This document shows, piece after piece, positions 28,179-36,643 of a stretch of DNA of 36,643 nucleotides. How positions within the stretch are numbered: position 1 is the stretch's first letter; every line of letters begins with the position of its first letter. The stretch lies in IMG/VR virus record IMGVR_UViG_3300010376_000084, positions 1 through 36,643 of that record. One strand, written 5' to 3'. The DNA is from a virus (taxonomy: Duplodnaviria; Caudoviricetes). The translations under genes and the position numbers were made by a program. The notes beneath the pieces are model-generated. The model made no database searches. It was given only the letters and a program-made list of their open reading frames with translations, and was not told where the DNA came from.

Positions 28179-28898
28179 ATGGTAGACGAGAAGAAAGAAA
28201 TAGAGTTTGAAGTTAATGTCGGACAGGGTATGGAAGAACTTGGTTCACAAGACTTCCAGATGCCTTTACTTAGTATCTTACAAGCTAACAGTCCCGAACT
28301 GCAAGAGGGTAATGAGAAGTACAATTCTGAAGCCCGACCAGGTAGAATCTTTTCGGCTAAATCAGGTATTTGTTACCGCGAAGTTCACTTGATTCCAATT
28401 CGTATGAAGGTTAGAAATGTTGAATGGAAGCCACGTGAAGCTGGCGGTGGTAAGATAGCTGATTACGGTGTAACTAATACACCTAAAGACATTCATCAAG
28501 ATGCTGCTACTGGTAGATTGTTTCGGTCTAATGGTAATCAGATTGTTCAGACTTATTATTACCTGTGCATGTTACAAGAAGAAGCCTGGGATAAGGTTAT
28601 TCTTTCACTTAAGTCTACGCAAAATAAACAGGCTAGACGTTGGAATACTATTATGCAGGCTCAAAAGCTGGTGATGTATTCCTATATCTATAAACTTTCA
28701 GTAATCAGTCAGAATAATCCTAAAGGTACTTGGTATGGTTGGAAGGTTGATTGGGATTCTCAACTAACCGACCTTCAGCTATATAACCAGGCTAAAGAAG
28801 CTCATCAGGCAATGATAGACTTCTTACCTAAACAAATGATTGATTTCCTTGATAACGGAGGAAATGGTGATAGTGCTGGAAGTGAAGAAGTATTATAA
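28179..28898 (+). CDS. Probable single-stranded DNA-binding protein
   Basis: P.L.ILQ.NSP, EWKPR..GGG, LKSTQ.K.AR.WN and N.KG.WYGW motifs, acidic tail; precedes the primase. Confidence 0.65.
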   Translation: MVDEKKEIEFEVNVGQGMEELGSQDFQMPLLSILQANSPELQEGNEKYNSEARPGRIFSAKSGICYREVHLIPIRMKVRNVEWKPREAGGGKIADYGVTNTPKDIHQDAATGRLFRSNGNQIVQTYYYLCMLQEEAWDKVILSLKSTQNKQARRWNTIMQAQKLVMYSYIYKLSVISQNNPKGTWYGWKVDWDSQLTDLQLYNQAKEAHQAMIDFLPKQMIDFLDNGGNGDSAGSEEVL

Positions 28899-28912
28899 GG
28901 TGGAGAGGGAAC

Positions 28913-30433
28913 GTGGCGGACATAAATCAAGCGACAATCATGCATCGGTTCTTTCAGGGTTCACAGTATGCTTACGGAGAGTTTACTGAAGAAGGACGAG
29001 AAGGTAAAAAGATAATTGGTCGATGTGCTACTTATCGTAACCAGGTTACTGATGAATTGTGGCTACGTCATCTCAACGGTACTTCACCGTCTATTGGTAT
29101 CATTCCAATCAGTGAAGGCAATGATTGTTTTTGGGGTGTTATTGATGTTGATGATTATGAGTTAGACCAAGGTGAGGTATTAGAACGGCTTAAATCTACT
29201 CCATTAGTAGCCTGTCGCAGTAAATCAGGTGGTTTATGGTTATTTATATTTTGTAAAGACCGGATACCAGCCAAGGTAATGCGAAGATATTTAGTTAATA
29301 TGAGTAGCTTTTTAGGTTTCGGTAATTGTGAGGTATTTCCTAAGCAGGAAAAGATAAACCCTAATCAAGGTGATGTAGGTAATTGGCTTAATATGCCATA
29401 CTTTGGCGAAAGGCGATGTGGAATTGTTTTTAATAATAAAGTGGAGGGTAAGGTGAACGAATTAAATTTATTTGACTTTATTAACTATGTTGAGGGTAAA
29501 CGTGTAGAAGCTAAGTTCTTTAATGAACCAGGCTCATTTGATTATGCAGCTAGTCCAATTGAACACGGACCACCATGCCTTCAGGTGATGAGTATCAATG
29601 GCTTCCCTGAACATACCAGGAATATTTCTCTATTCAATGTTGGTATTTATTGTAAGAAAGCTGACCCTGAAGAATGGCAAGATGTACTGCGTAAATATAA
29701 TAAACACTTATTTAGTAAACCACTATCGGATAAAGAAGTTGATGAAGTAATTAAGTCACTAAATAAGAAGGAGTACAATTATCAGTGTAATCAGGAACCC
29801 TTGGTATCATTCTGCAATGCTCCATTGTGTCGAACTAGGAAATTTGGCATATCTAATGCTAGTAGCTTACCAATCGTTAATTCAATTACCAAGATAGTTG
29901 GTGATGATGCTTTATGGGTACTAGATGTAGAAGGTGGTCGATTAGAGTTAACTACTGAAGAATTATACGACCCACGTAGATTCGGTGTTAAATGTCTTAA
30001 TAATCTTAATATTGTCTTACCTAAAATTAATATTGAACAATGGCAAGCATGGCTTCAAGCTCAGGTGAGTAAAGCGATTGAAGTTCGTGAAGAAAGTATG
30101 TTTACTTTGGATGAACTTAAAATGACCTTTACTTCATTCGTTACGACTCGTCTTACATCTAACCGTGATGATATTATGTTAAACCGTGTTTGGTATCATG
30201 AGGAAAGTCATTCGGTAAGATTTAAATTGGAAGCGTTCCTGAGTTATGTTCGATTTCGTAAGATAGAAGCAGCTAAGAATAAAATTGTATGGTTCCTGAA
30301 GAATCGTGGAGGAGCCACCAGTGTAAGTAAAACACTGGATAACAAGCGTTCTTATCGTTTTACCGCGGTTCATGTTGACGGTGAACTGGAAGAATTAATC
30401 AAAGAGAAACAGGCTAAGGAAGAGGTAGTGTAG
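28913..30433 (+). CDS. AEP-superfamily primase with PriCT-like domain
   Basis: HL.G...IGIIP, WGVIDVDDY (DxD), RSKSGG, EVFPKQ, GNWLNMPY, GPPCL, RN..LFN and PLSDKEV. Confidence 0.85.
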   Translation: MADINQATIMHRFFQGSQYAYGEFTEEGREGKKIIGRCATYRNQVTDELWLRHLNGTSPSIGIIPISEGNDCFWGVIDVDDYELDQGEVLERLKSTPLVACRSKSGGLWLFIFCKDRIPAKVMRRYLVNMSSFLGFGNCEVFPKQEKINPNQGDVGNWLNMPYFGERRCGIVFNNKVEGKVNELNLFDFINYVEGKRVEAKFFNEPGSFDYAASPIEHGPPCLQVMSINGFPEHTRNISLFNVGIYCKKADPEEWQDVLRKYNKHLFSKPLSDKEVDEVIKSLNKKEYNYQCNQEPLVSFCNAPLCRTRKFGISNASSLPIVNSITKIVGDDALWVLDVEGGRLELTTEELYDPRRFGVKCLNNLNIVLPKINIEQWQAWLQAQVSKAIEVREESMFTLDELKMTFTSFVTTRLTSNRDDIMLNRVWYHEESHSVRFKLEAFLSYVRFRKIEAAKNKIVWFLKNRGGATSVSKTLDNKRSYRFTAVHVDGELEELIKEKQAKEEVV

Positions 30434-30648
30434 TGGATGAATGGGATAAATTAATTAAAGAGGTACGTGAGAGAATTGACACTTTACAGGCACAATTAGT
30501 TGTACTTGAAAATGTCACTGATGAATTAAATGCATTATACAGTAGGATAAAGGAGTCAAGAAATGCGGCCGACATTGTTAATCGGAGCACCAGGCACCGG
30601 CAAGACTTACCGATTGGTACAAAAAATCCTCGAACTAAAACCAAGTAA
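30433..30648 (+). CDS. Small coiled-coil protein
   Basis: 71 aa with heptad pattern; coupled to the primase stop. Confidence 0.45.
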   Translation: MDEWDKLIKEVRERIDTLQAQLVVLENVTDELNALYSRIKESRNAADIVNRSTRHRQDLPIGTKNPRTKTK

Positions 30649-31711
30649 TTTTGCCTTAGTCTCATTTACTCGTCGGGCAGCTAACGAGGCTAAACAACGA
30701 CTCAAAGAATACTATCCCGAGAAAGATTTAAAGTGGGTTAGGACGATTCATTCAATGTGCTTTGAGTTGTTAGGACTAAAGGCTAACCAGGTATTGAAGC
30801 ACAGTGATTTACTTAGATATGGCAGTAAGTATGGTTATGAATTCACTTTTCGTAATTCATCTTTTGAAGATGGTCTGAGCTTTGGTTTGACTGAAGATGA
30901 TATTGAATATCGTAACCTAATGATTGCTAAATCTAAACTGAAAGAACCCGATATGTTTGAATCAGGTATGTTACGAAGCTATCTTCAGTTCAAGATTGAA
31001 GAAGGATTATTTGATTTCAATGACATGATTTATAATGTCATTCAGTCTACCATAATCCCACCTAAGTTTGACCTGTTATGCGTGGATGAGATTCAAGATT
31101 TGACTCCATTACAATTACAGTTTATATTTATGTTATTTCATCGTTCTACTAATACCATCTTTGCTGGTGATGGAGACCAGATGATATTTGAATGGGCAGG
31201 AGTAGACCGTAAAGAATATTTAGACTTGGAACAAGAATGTGATAAAGAAACACTACAGGTACAGTATAGAATACCACAAGATATATTTCAGTTGGCTCAA
31301 TGGCAGGTTCATCCTTCAATGACGTTGAGAGAATTACAGAGTAATATTGAGTATATTAACCAGTTGCCTGAATTTAATCCTGCTGAGTCTTATTTGGTAT
31401 TAGGTCGGAATAATTACCTGATTAAAGAATTGATGCGAGAATATGATGAAGTAGGTTTCAGTTGGACGTGGTTAAATCAAGACCAAAAGTGGAATGAACG
31501 AAACAAATTTAATATTTTAGCTTCAACGATTCACGGTGCAAAAGGGGCAGAAGCTGATAACGTGATTATACTTAGTGATGTATCTCCAGCGACTTATGAA
31601 CAAATCGACACTGATGCAGAAAGGAGAGTTTGGTATGTCGGACTTACTCGACCGAAGTCAAAACTCTACATTCTCGAGCCTCGAACAGAATTCTTCTATG
31701 AATTATCTTGA
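30563..31711 (+). CDS. Compact UvrD/Rep-like SF1 helicase
   Basis: GAPGTGKT, SFTRRAA, TIHS, VDEIQD, GDGDQ, TIHGAKGAEAD and YVGLTR motifs; AAGGAG RBS. Confidence 0.9.
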   Translation: MRPTLLIGAPGTGKTYRLVQKILELKPSNFALVSFTRRAANEAKQRLKEYYPEKDLKWVRTIHSMCFELLGLKANQVLKHSDLLRYGSKYGYEFTFRNSSFEDGLSFGLTEDDIEYRNLMIAKSKLKEPDMFESGMLRSYLQFKIEEGLFDFNDMIYNVIQSTIIPPKFDLLCVDEIQDLTPLQLQFIFMLFHRSTNTIFAGDGDQMIFEWAGVDRKEYLDLEQECDKETLQVQYRIPQDIFQLAQWQVHPSMTLRELQSNIEYINQLPEFNPAESYLVLGRNNYLIKELMREYDEVGFSWTWLNQDQKWNERNKFNILASTIHGAKGAEADNVIILSDVSPATYEQIDTDAERRVWYVGLTRPKSKLYILEPRTEFFYELS

Positions 31712-31982
31712 TGTAATATCTTTCTACGTGGTTGAGTATGAAGTTAAAGATAGTCGTTCAGTAAAGGTTCACGGTGAAATTTTGATTAATACTCAGATTC
31801 TTATCTATCTATTACGAACACGGTTTAATCTGACATTTAGGGAAATAGGAGAAGTAACACTTATTAGTCGTCAATGTGCTAATATTTATTACTATATTAT
31901 TTTAAGTAGTCGATATTATAGGGATGTAGCTGATACCCGTTGGAAGGAGCTATTTGATGCTAGGGCAATTCACCAGAACTGA
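31698..31982 (+). CDS. HTH protein (DnaA domain IV-like pattern)
   Basis: YLLR.RFNLTFREIGE..; start revised to ATG 31698. Confidence 0.5.
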   Translation: MNYLDVISFYVVEYEVKDSRSVKVHGEILINTQILIYLLRTRFNLTFREIGEVTLISRQCANIYYYIILSSRYYRDVADTRWKELFDARAIHQN

Positions 31983-33654
31983 CCAGGCTAAACGTATCGT
32001 AATTGATATCGAAACCTACGACCCGCTATTGTTAGATAAAGGTGTAAGTTATATTTATGACCTGGGATATATACTTGGTATTGGGATTAAGCTTGATAAT
32101 GAGCCAGCGCAGTATTATCCGCTTCGCCATCGCCGAGAAGTTAACTACGACAATGATGCAGTCCGTACTTATCTCCGCAGCATTCCTGCTACTGTGGATA
32201 TTGTATGCCATTACGCTCCTTACGATATCGGCTGGCTTAATCACAGTATGGGATTCAATCATGCCGGTAAGATACGTGATACACTTATCATGGCTCAGTT
32301 AGACCATAATACCAGTAGCTCATATAGTCTAGATTATTTATCTAAGACGATGGGATTAGGCATGAAAATTCCTATTGACCCTAAGAAGTTACCTGATTTA
32401 CCAATTAATACCGTGGCTCAGTATTGTTGTCAAGACGTAGAGTTAACAGCTAAACTAGATGACCGCTTAGCTACCCATCGTAATAGTGATGCAGCTAATA
32501 GAGAATTTGCTTTAATTCCAATCCTAGTCAAAATGAAGCATAAGGGAATTAGGATTAATGAAATACAATTAGGAGCGCTACAGGGAGAATTTACTCGTTT
32601 ATTAAATTATCAGTTAGGTTTATGTGGAATCGATGATATATGGGCTAATGCTAGGATAGTTGAGCTATTCAACCGGCTAGGTATAAGTTATCCACGTACT
32701 AAGCCTACCAAACGTCATACCAGTGGTTTTGCCTCCTTTCCTACTTGGTTCTTAGAATCGATAACCGACCCTAAGGTAATTGCATTACATACGGCAAGGA
32801 AATTACATCGGCTGATTAATACCTTTTGTGTTGGTATTAGGAATTATATCAAGAATGAAAGGATACATCCAGATTTCTTTAATGGTCGTAGTGAGTATGG
32901 TGGCACTATTACTGGTCGATTCAGTTCTGGTCATCCTAATGTTCAACAGATACCTCACCGAAGTTCTGAAGGTAATTTATTACGGTCTGCTTTTATACCT
33001 GATGATAGCAAAATACTAGTCAAGTTCGATTACAAACAACAAGAACCAATATTGATGCTGCATTACGCATCGAAACTTAATCTATCTGATATACAGAAGT
33101 GGAGAGATTTATATACTAGTCCTGACGCTGATTTCTACCAACCAATCCAAAATTCAATGAATATTGAACGCTTCCCAGCTAAGACTATTACCCTAGCTAC
33201 CTGCTATAATATGGGACCAGAAAAACTGTCTCGTATGATGCACATAGATATGAAGCAGTCAGTTCAATATTTAATGCAGTTTATAGACACAGTTAAGTGG
33301 TTGAAACCACTAAAGGACCATTGTTTAACTATAGCTAATGGTCGTGGTTGGATTAGAACCATAGGTGGTCGTCGATTACAGTTTAATCGTGCTAGTGCTA
33401 ATGATTCATTTAATCACCTGATTCAGGGTAGTGCGGCTGACCAAACTAAACAAGCTATGATTAATATACATGAGCAACTTGGCCTAGTGCCACTATTACA
33501 GGTGCATGATGAATTGTTGTATGAATTAACTGAAGACCAAATTAACCAGGAGGTTGACTTGGATATCCAGGTAATAATGGAGGATGCTTTTGAGCTAGAC
33601 TTTCCAGTACGGGTGGATATGAAACCAGGTTTAAACTGGATGCAGTGTGGATGA
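31954..33654 (+). CDS. polA: Family A DNA polymerase with 3'-5' exonuclease
   Basis: DIETYD exo I, TGRFSS..PNVQQIP, motif A DYKQQE, motif B AKTITL...Y, IQGSAAD, motif C VHDEL. Confidence 0.93.
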   Translation: MMLGQFTRTDQAKRIVIDIETYDPLLLDKGVSYIYDLGYILGIGIKLDNEPAQYYPLRHRREVNYDNDAVRTYLRSIPATVDIVCHYAPYDIGWLNHSMGFNHAGKIRDTLIMAQLDHNTSSSYSLDYLSKTMGLGMKIPIDPKKLPDLPINTVAQYCCQDVELTAKLDDRLATHRNSDAANREFALIPILVKMKHKGIRINEIQLGALQGEFTRLLNYQLGLCGIDDIWANARIVELFNRLGISYPRTKPTKRHTSGFASFPTWFLESITDPKVIALHTARKLHRLINTFCVGIRNYIKNERIHPDFFNGRSEYGGTITGRFSSGHPNVQQIPHRSSEGNLLRSAFIPDDSKILVKFDYKQQEPILMLHYASKLNLSDIQKWRDLYTSPDADFYQPIQNSMNIERFPAKTITLATCYNMGPEKLSRMMHIDMKQSVQYLMQFIDTVKWLKPLKDHCLTIANGRGWIRTIGGRRLQFNRASANDSFNHLIQGSAADQTKQAMINIHEQLGLVPLLQVHDELLYELTEDQINQEVDLDIQVIMEDAFELDFPVRVDMKPGLNWMQCG

Positions 33655-33827
33655 AAATTAAGATAGACGAAAGGAACCAAATGCCAGTACATCCTAAAGC
33701 TAAACTTACACCAGAACGATTATTTAAGAAGATGTCTAGTACTCCTAATCCCAATAATATGATAATTGGGTTTATTAAGCCAAAGAAGGAGAAGAAACAT
33801 GGTAAGAAAAATAAAGCATTTATCTAG
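33645..33827 (+). CDS. Small basic hypothetical protein
   Basis: 60 aa filling the operon gap. Confidence 0.4.
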   Translation: MWMKIKIDERNQMPVHPKAKLTPERLFKKMSSTPNPNNMIIGFIKPKKEKKHGKKNKAFI

Positions 33828-34041
33828 GCAAGTATCTTCAGTAGATGTGAAGAAATGGAGGAACATGACACAGCAAATGCTCAATAGAACAATTGCTTAT
33901 GGACCAGATGGGTTTACTAGATATTGTTTACGACAATGGGGTTACGTAATAGTTAAAACTCCAACTACAGCTGATTTATTAGCTTACGAACTTATGTCAA
34001 CTGAAGTTAAAAAGAAAAAGGAGATTAAAATTTCAATATGA
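33799..34041 (+). CDS. Hypothetical protein
   Basis: Start revised to ATG 33799 (AAGGAG RBS). Confidence 0.55.
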   Translation: MVRKIKHLSRQVSSVDVKKWRNMTQQMLNRTIAYGPDGFTRYCLRQWGYVIVKTPTTADLLAYELMSTEVKKKKEIKISI

Positions 34042-34238
34042 CTCTAACTGATGACCAGAATGAAGAATTAGAAGAGATGCTGGAATGCATCAACAATAAC
34101 CACGAGAAGCTTAACCAGTGGGAAAAAGATTTTGCTGATGATAATTACAAGCGTTGGCAGAAATATGGTAAAGAAACTTTTTTGAGTATGAAACAATGGG
34201 AAATCATAGTAAAAATATACGGCAGAGTCCAGGGATAA
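34038..34238 (+). CDS. Small phage protein
   Basis: L.QWEKDF...R..KYG....LS.KQW motif; GGAG RBS. Confidence 0.65.
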   Translation: MTLTDDQNEELEEMLECINNNHEKLNQWEKDFADDNYKRWQKYGKETFLSMKQWEIIVKIYGRVQG

Positions 34239-35638
34239 AGTTATATGACCACCAGTCCATGGTGTTTAATTTATCTAGGGATAAGCAGGTTTATGCTTTT
34301 TTCTTAGAGACTGGTACAGGTAAGACTATTCTGGCTTTGGAGTCAGCTAAGTATCTATACCAACAAAAAAAGATTAAAGCATTAATTATTACCGCTCCTA
34401 AGACGGTACTGAAACCAGTATGGGTCGATACATTATTTAAGTACTATATGGATGTAGATTTCAGACTTATTCAGTGGATTGGAGGTATTGGTCGAGAAGA
34501 TTCTACAATTATAGGTAGCTATCTGACCCAAGTAACCAAAACTCGATTATTAGTTTTTATCGCTAATATTGAAGCTTTCTCACATACCAAAATATATCAC
34601 CTTGCTCATCGAATATGTTCTATTTTGCCTACCGCATGGTTCATAGATGAATCCACTACAATTAAATCACCTCGAGCTAAACGAACTAAACAAATCCTAG
34701 CTCTTAGTCACTTAGCTAATTACAAAAGAATTCTCTCTGGTTTTCCAGTATTAAAGTCACCAGAAGATTTATATACTCAATTGGAATTTCTTAAATCAGG
34801 TATAACTGGACATAAATCATTTTATTCATTTCGTAATGAGTTCTGTATTACACGTAAACTAGATAATCGTGTAACTATTTCAATTGGACCTAAGAATATT
34901 GACAAACTACAGGCTTTGATTGAGCCATATTCCAGTCGAATATTAAAGAAGGACTGTCTAGATTTACCTGATAAAATTCATACCCGCCGCTATGTTGAAA
35001 TGACTGAAGAGCAGCAATTAATGTACCGACAAATGCGAGATGAAGGCTATGCACTAATTAAAGGTTCAGGTAAAGAAACTTTTGCTTCAACTATTTTAGT
35101 TCAATTAGAAAAACTTCACCAAATAGCTAATGGATTAATTATATCTGCTATGTCATTTGTTGATTGTAATAAATATTCAACTTTACTGGAAATATTACAA
35201 AATGAAATTGCTGATAGACAAGTTATTATCTGGTCCTGTTATATTGGCAATATTCGTATGCTAGAAAATTTATTATTAAGAGCTAAAATTCCTTTTGGTA
35301 TTATTTATGGCAAAGTTAATATGTCCGACCGTAATCGTGATATAGAACTATTCCACCAAGGTAAACTTCAAGTAATCGTGGCTCATCCAGCTACGGCACG
35401 TTTTGGTCTTACTTTAGCTGAAGCCTCTTATGCAATTTATTTTAATAATTCATTTAACCTGGAACATCGAATTCAATCCGAAGACCGATTACATCGTATC
35501 GGCCAGGTTAATAAAGCGACCTATATTGATTTAATCACTGAGAATACTATCGAAGACCGTATACTAACTAAACTCCAAGAGAAGCACAGCATTGGTGCAG
35601 CTATTTTAGGAGACGAATGGGAACAATGGTTTCATTAA
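34196..35638 (+). CDS. SNF2-family helicase
   Basis: ETGTGKT, IDEST.IK.P.AKRT, LSGFP, GLTL and QSEDRLHRIGQ motifs. Confidence 0.92.
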   Translation: MGNHSKNIRQSPGIKLYDHQSMVFNLSRDKQVYAFFLETGTGKTILALESAKYLYQQKKIKALIITAPKTVLKPVWVDTLFKYYMDVDFRLIQWIGGIGREDSTIIGSYLTQVTKTRLLVFIANIEAFSHTKIYHLAHRICSILPTAWFIDESTTIKSPRAKRTKQILALSHLANYKRILSGFPVLKSPEDLYTQLEFLKSGITGHKSFYSFRNEFCITRKLDNRVTISIGPKNIDKLQALIEPYSSRILKKDCLDLPDKIHTRRYVEMTEEQQLMYRQMRDEGYALIKGSGKETFASTILVQLEKLHQIANGLIISAMSFVDCNKYSTLLEILQNEIADRQVIIWSCYIGNIRMLENLLLRAKIPFGIIYGKVNMSDRNRDIELFHQGKLQVIVAHPATARFGLTLAEASYAIYFNNSFNLEHRIQSEDRLHRIGQVNKATYIDLITENTIEDRILTKLQEKHSIGAAILGDEWEQWFH

Positions 35639-36643
35639 CGACAGGACAGTTGAACGTAATTAGCTCCATCACAGTAGGCTAATCCATGATGAGTGCCACC
35701 ACTTGCTATGGTGGAACCAAAGGCACAGGCAGTAGAATTATCAGTTACTGCGCATAATGCACCTTCCTTATTGCAAGCTCCACCACCGCCAGTGATACCT
35801 GGACAATTAGCTACAGGAGTAGATGACATACTGAAAAACGGTGTAAAGGTAGTTTGGTCGCCGGAATTATTAAGATGAATACTGGTACCAGCTAATGCGA
35901 AAGTTCCACCACGATTATTTATAAATATATTCTTACCTGCTCCGCCGTCTTCAGTTATACCTTTAGAAGCAAAATTAGAAGATACAGTATTGAATATTGC
36001 TTGACTACCAGTCAAATGAATATCAGTAGACGATGCAGCATCAGCAAACCTGTTACCAGTGATAACATTACTGGTGCCATTAGCAGATGAACCATTTATC
36101 TGGATACCGTCATTAGTCATTGAGGTATTTTCAAAATGGAATCCTATAATAGAGCTATTCTGAATTCCAGCACCAAATATGAATCCAGCTAGTGTAGCAT
36201 TTTGAACTAAACCACCGAAAAAATTATTAGTGTCACCACTTGACTGCCAATTTACACATTGAGTATCAGTATTACATTCAAGATTATAGAAGTTATTTTG
36301 ATTAGATGGCAAAGTTGAAGCTACGATACCATTAGAACAACCTCTAGTACGTAAATCATAGAATCCACTATCTTCAGTGTTGTTCAGCTGAAGTCCAACA
36401 GCAAAATCAGCTATCAATATATTTTCTAGGTGACTAGCAGGAGTGCCAAAGCTACCTGGCTTACCCATAGCAATGCCGCTAGACACACCTGAGCCTGGTC
36501 CTAAAATCATTAAATCTCGTACAAAATAAGGTGCAGCCTGAGTAGCAGCTACACCTAAATCTATTCCATCTTGACCAGCAGTTTTTTGATAAATAACTGA
36601 ACCACAGTGATTATTTAGCGTAGGCCAACTGGATGGTCCAGTG
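35635..36643 (-). CDS. Tailspike/fibre-like beta-helix protein, C-terminal part (5' end outside window)
   Basis: Frame is open from 36642; Asn/Gly/Ser-rich beta-helix-like repeats and a Cys-containing C-terminal cap. Confidence 0.7.
   Translation of the reverse strand, partial: TGPSSWPTLNNHCGSVIYQKTAGQDGIDLGVAATQAAPYFVRDLMILGPGSGVSSGIAMGKPGSFGTPASHLENILIADFAVGLQLNNTEDSGFYDLRTRGCSNGIVASTLPSNQNNFYNLECNTDTQCVNWQSSGDTNNFFGGLVQNATLAGFIFGAGIQNSSIIGFHFENTSMTNDGIQINGSSANGTSNVITGNRFADAASSTDIHLTGSQAIFNTVSSNFASKGITEDGGAGKNIFINNRGGTFALAGTSIHLNNSGDQTTFTPFFSMSSTPVANCPGITGGGGACNKEGALCAVTDNSTACAFGSTIASGGTHHGLAYCDGANYVQLSCR

Noticed and set aside
3122-35878. Antisense or nested short ORFs inside major genes (e.g. 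3122, 6247, 6731, 9775, 16933, 18294, 22175, 32032, 33423, 35693)
   Set aside because: Shadow frames of well-supported genes.
1-36643. Genome-wide TAG recoding
   Set aside because: Only one gene is interrupted, TAG ends several genes with coupled downstream starts, and no suppressor tRNA is seen.
1-36643. tRNA/rRNA genes, integrase, transposase, reverse transcriptase/DGR
   Set aside because: No recognisable motifs or cloverleafs seen by eye.

Overview
Near-complete genome of a tailed dsDNA phage with podovirus architecture (T7/BPP-1-like virion genes; no RNA polymerase, integrase or clear endolysin seen). Minus strand 19.6 kb to 1: terS, terL, two fibre/adhesin-like genes, portal (interrupted by one in-frame TAG), scaffold, four tandem zinc-ribbon mini-ORFs, major capsid, tail tubular A/B, internal virion proteins and the start of a tail fibre. 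Plus strand 25-35.6 kb: replication module (VRR-NUC, probable SSB, AEP primase, UvrD-like helicase, family A DNA polymerase, SNF2 helicase), converging on a partial tailspike-like gene. The centre (19.6-25 kb) holds an HNH-like gene, a leftward operon with an orphan DndB/DGQHR protein, and two repeat-rich non-coding regions. The most striking signal is a ~625 bp non-coding array (20227-20851) of 13 correctly spaced sigma-54 (RpoN) -24/-12 sites in both orientations plus near matches, with more copies at 23.9-24.6 kb; a decoy/sponge for host RpoN holoenzyme is one hypothesis. All calls were made by eye, with no database searches.
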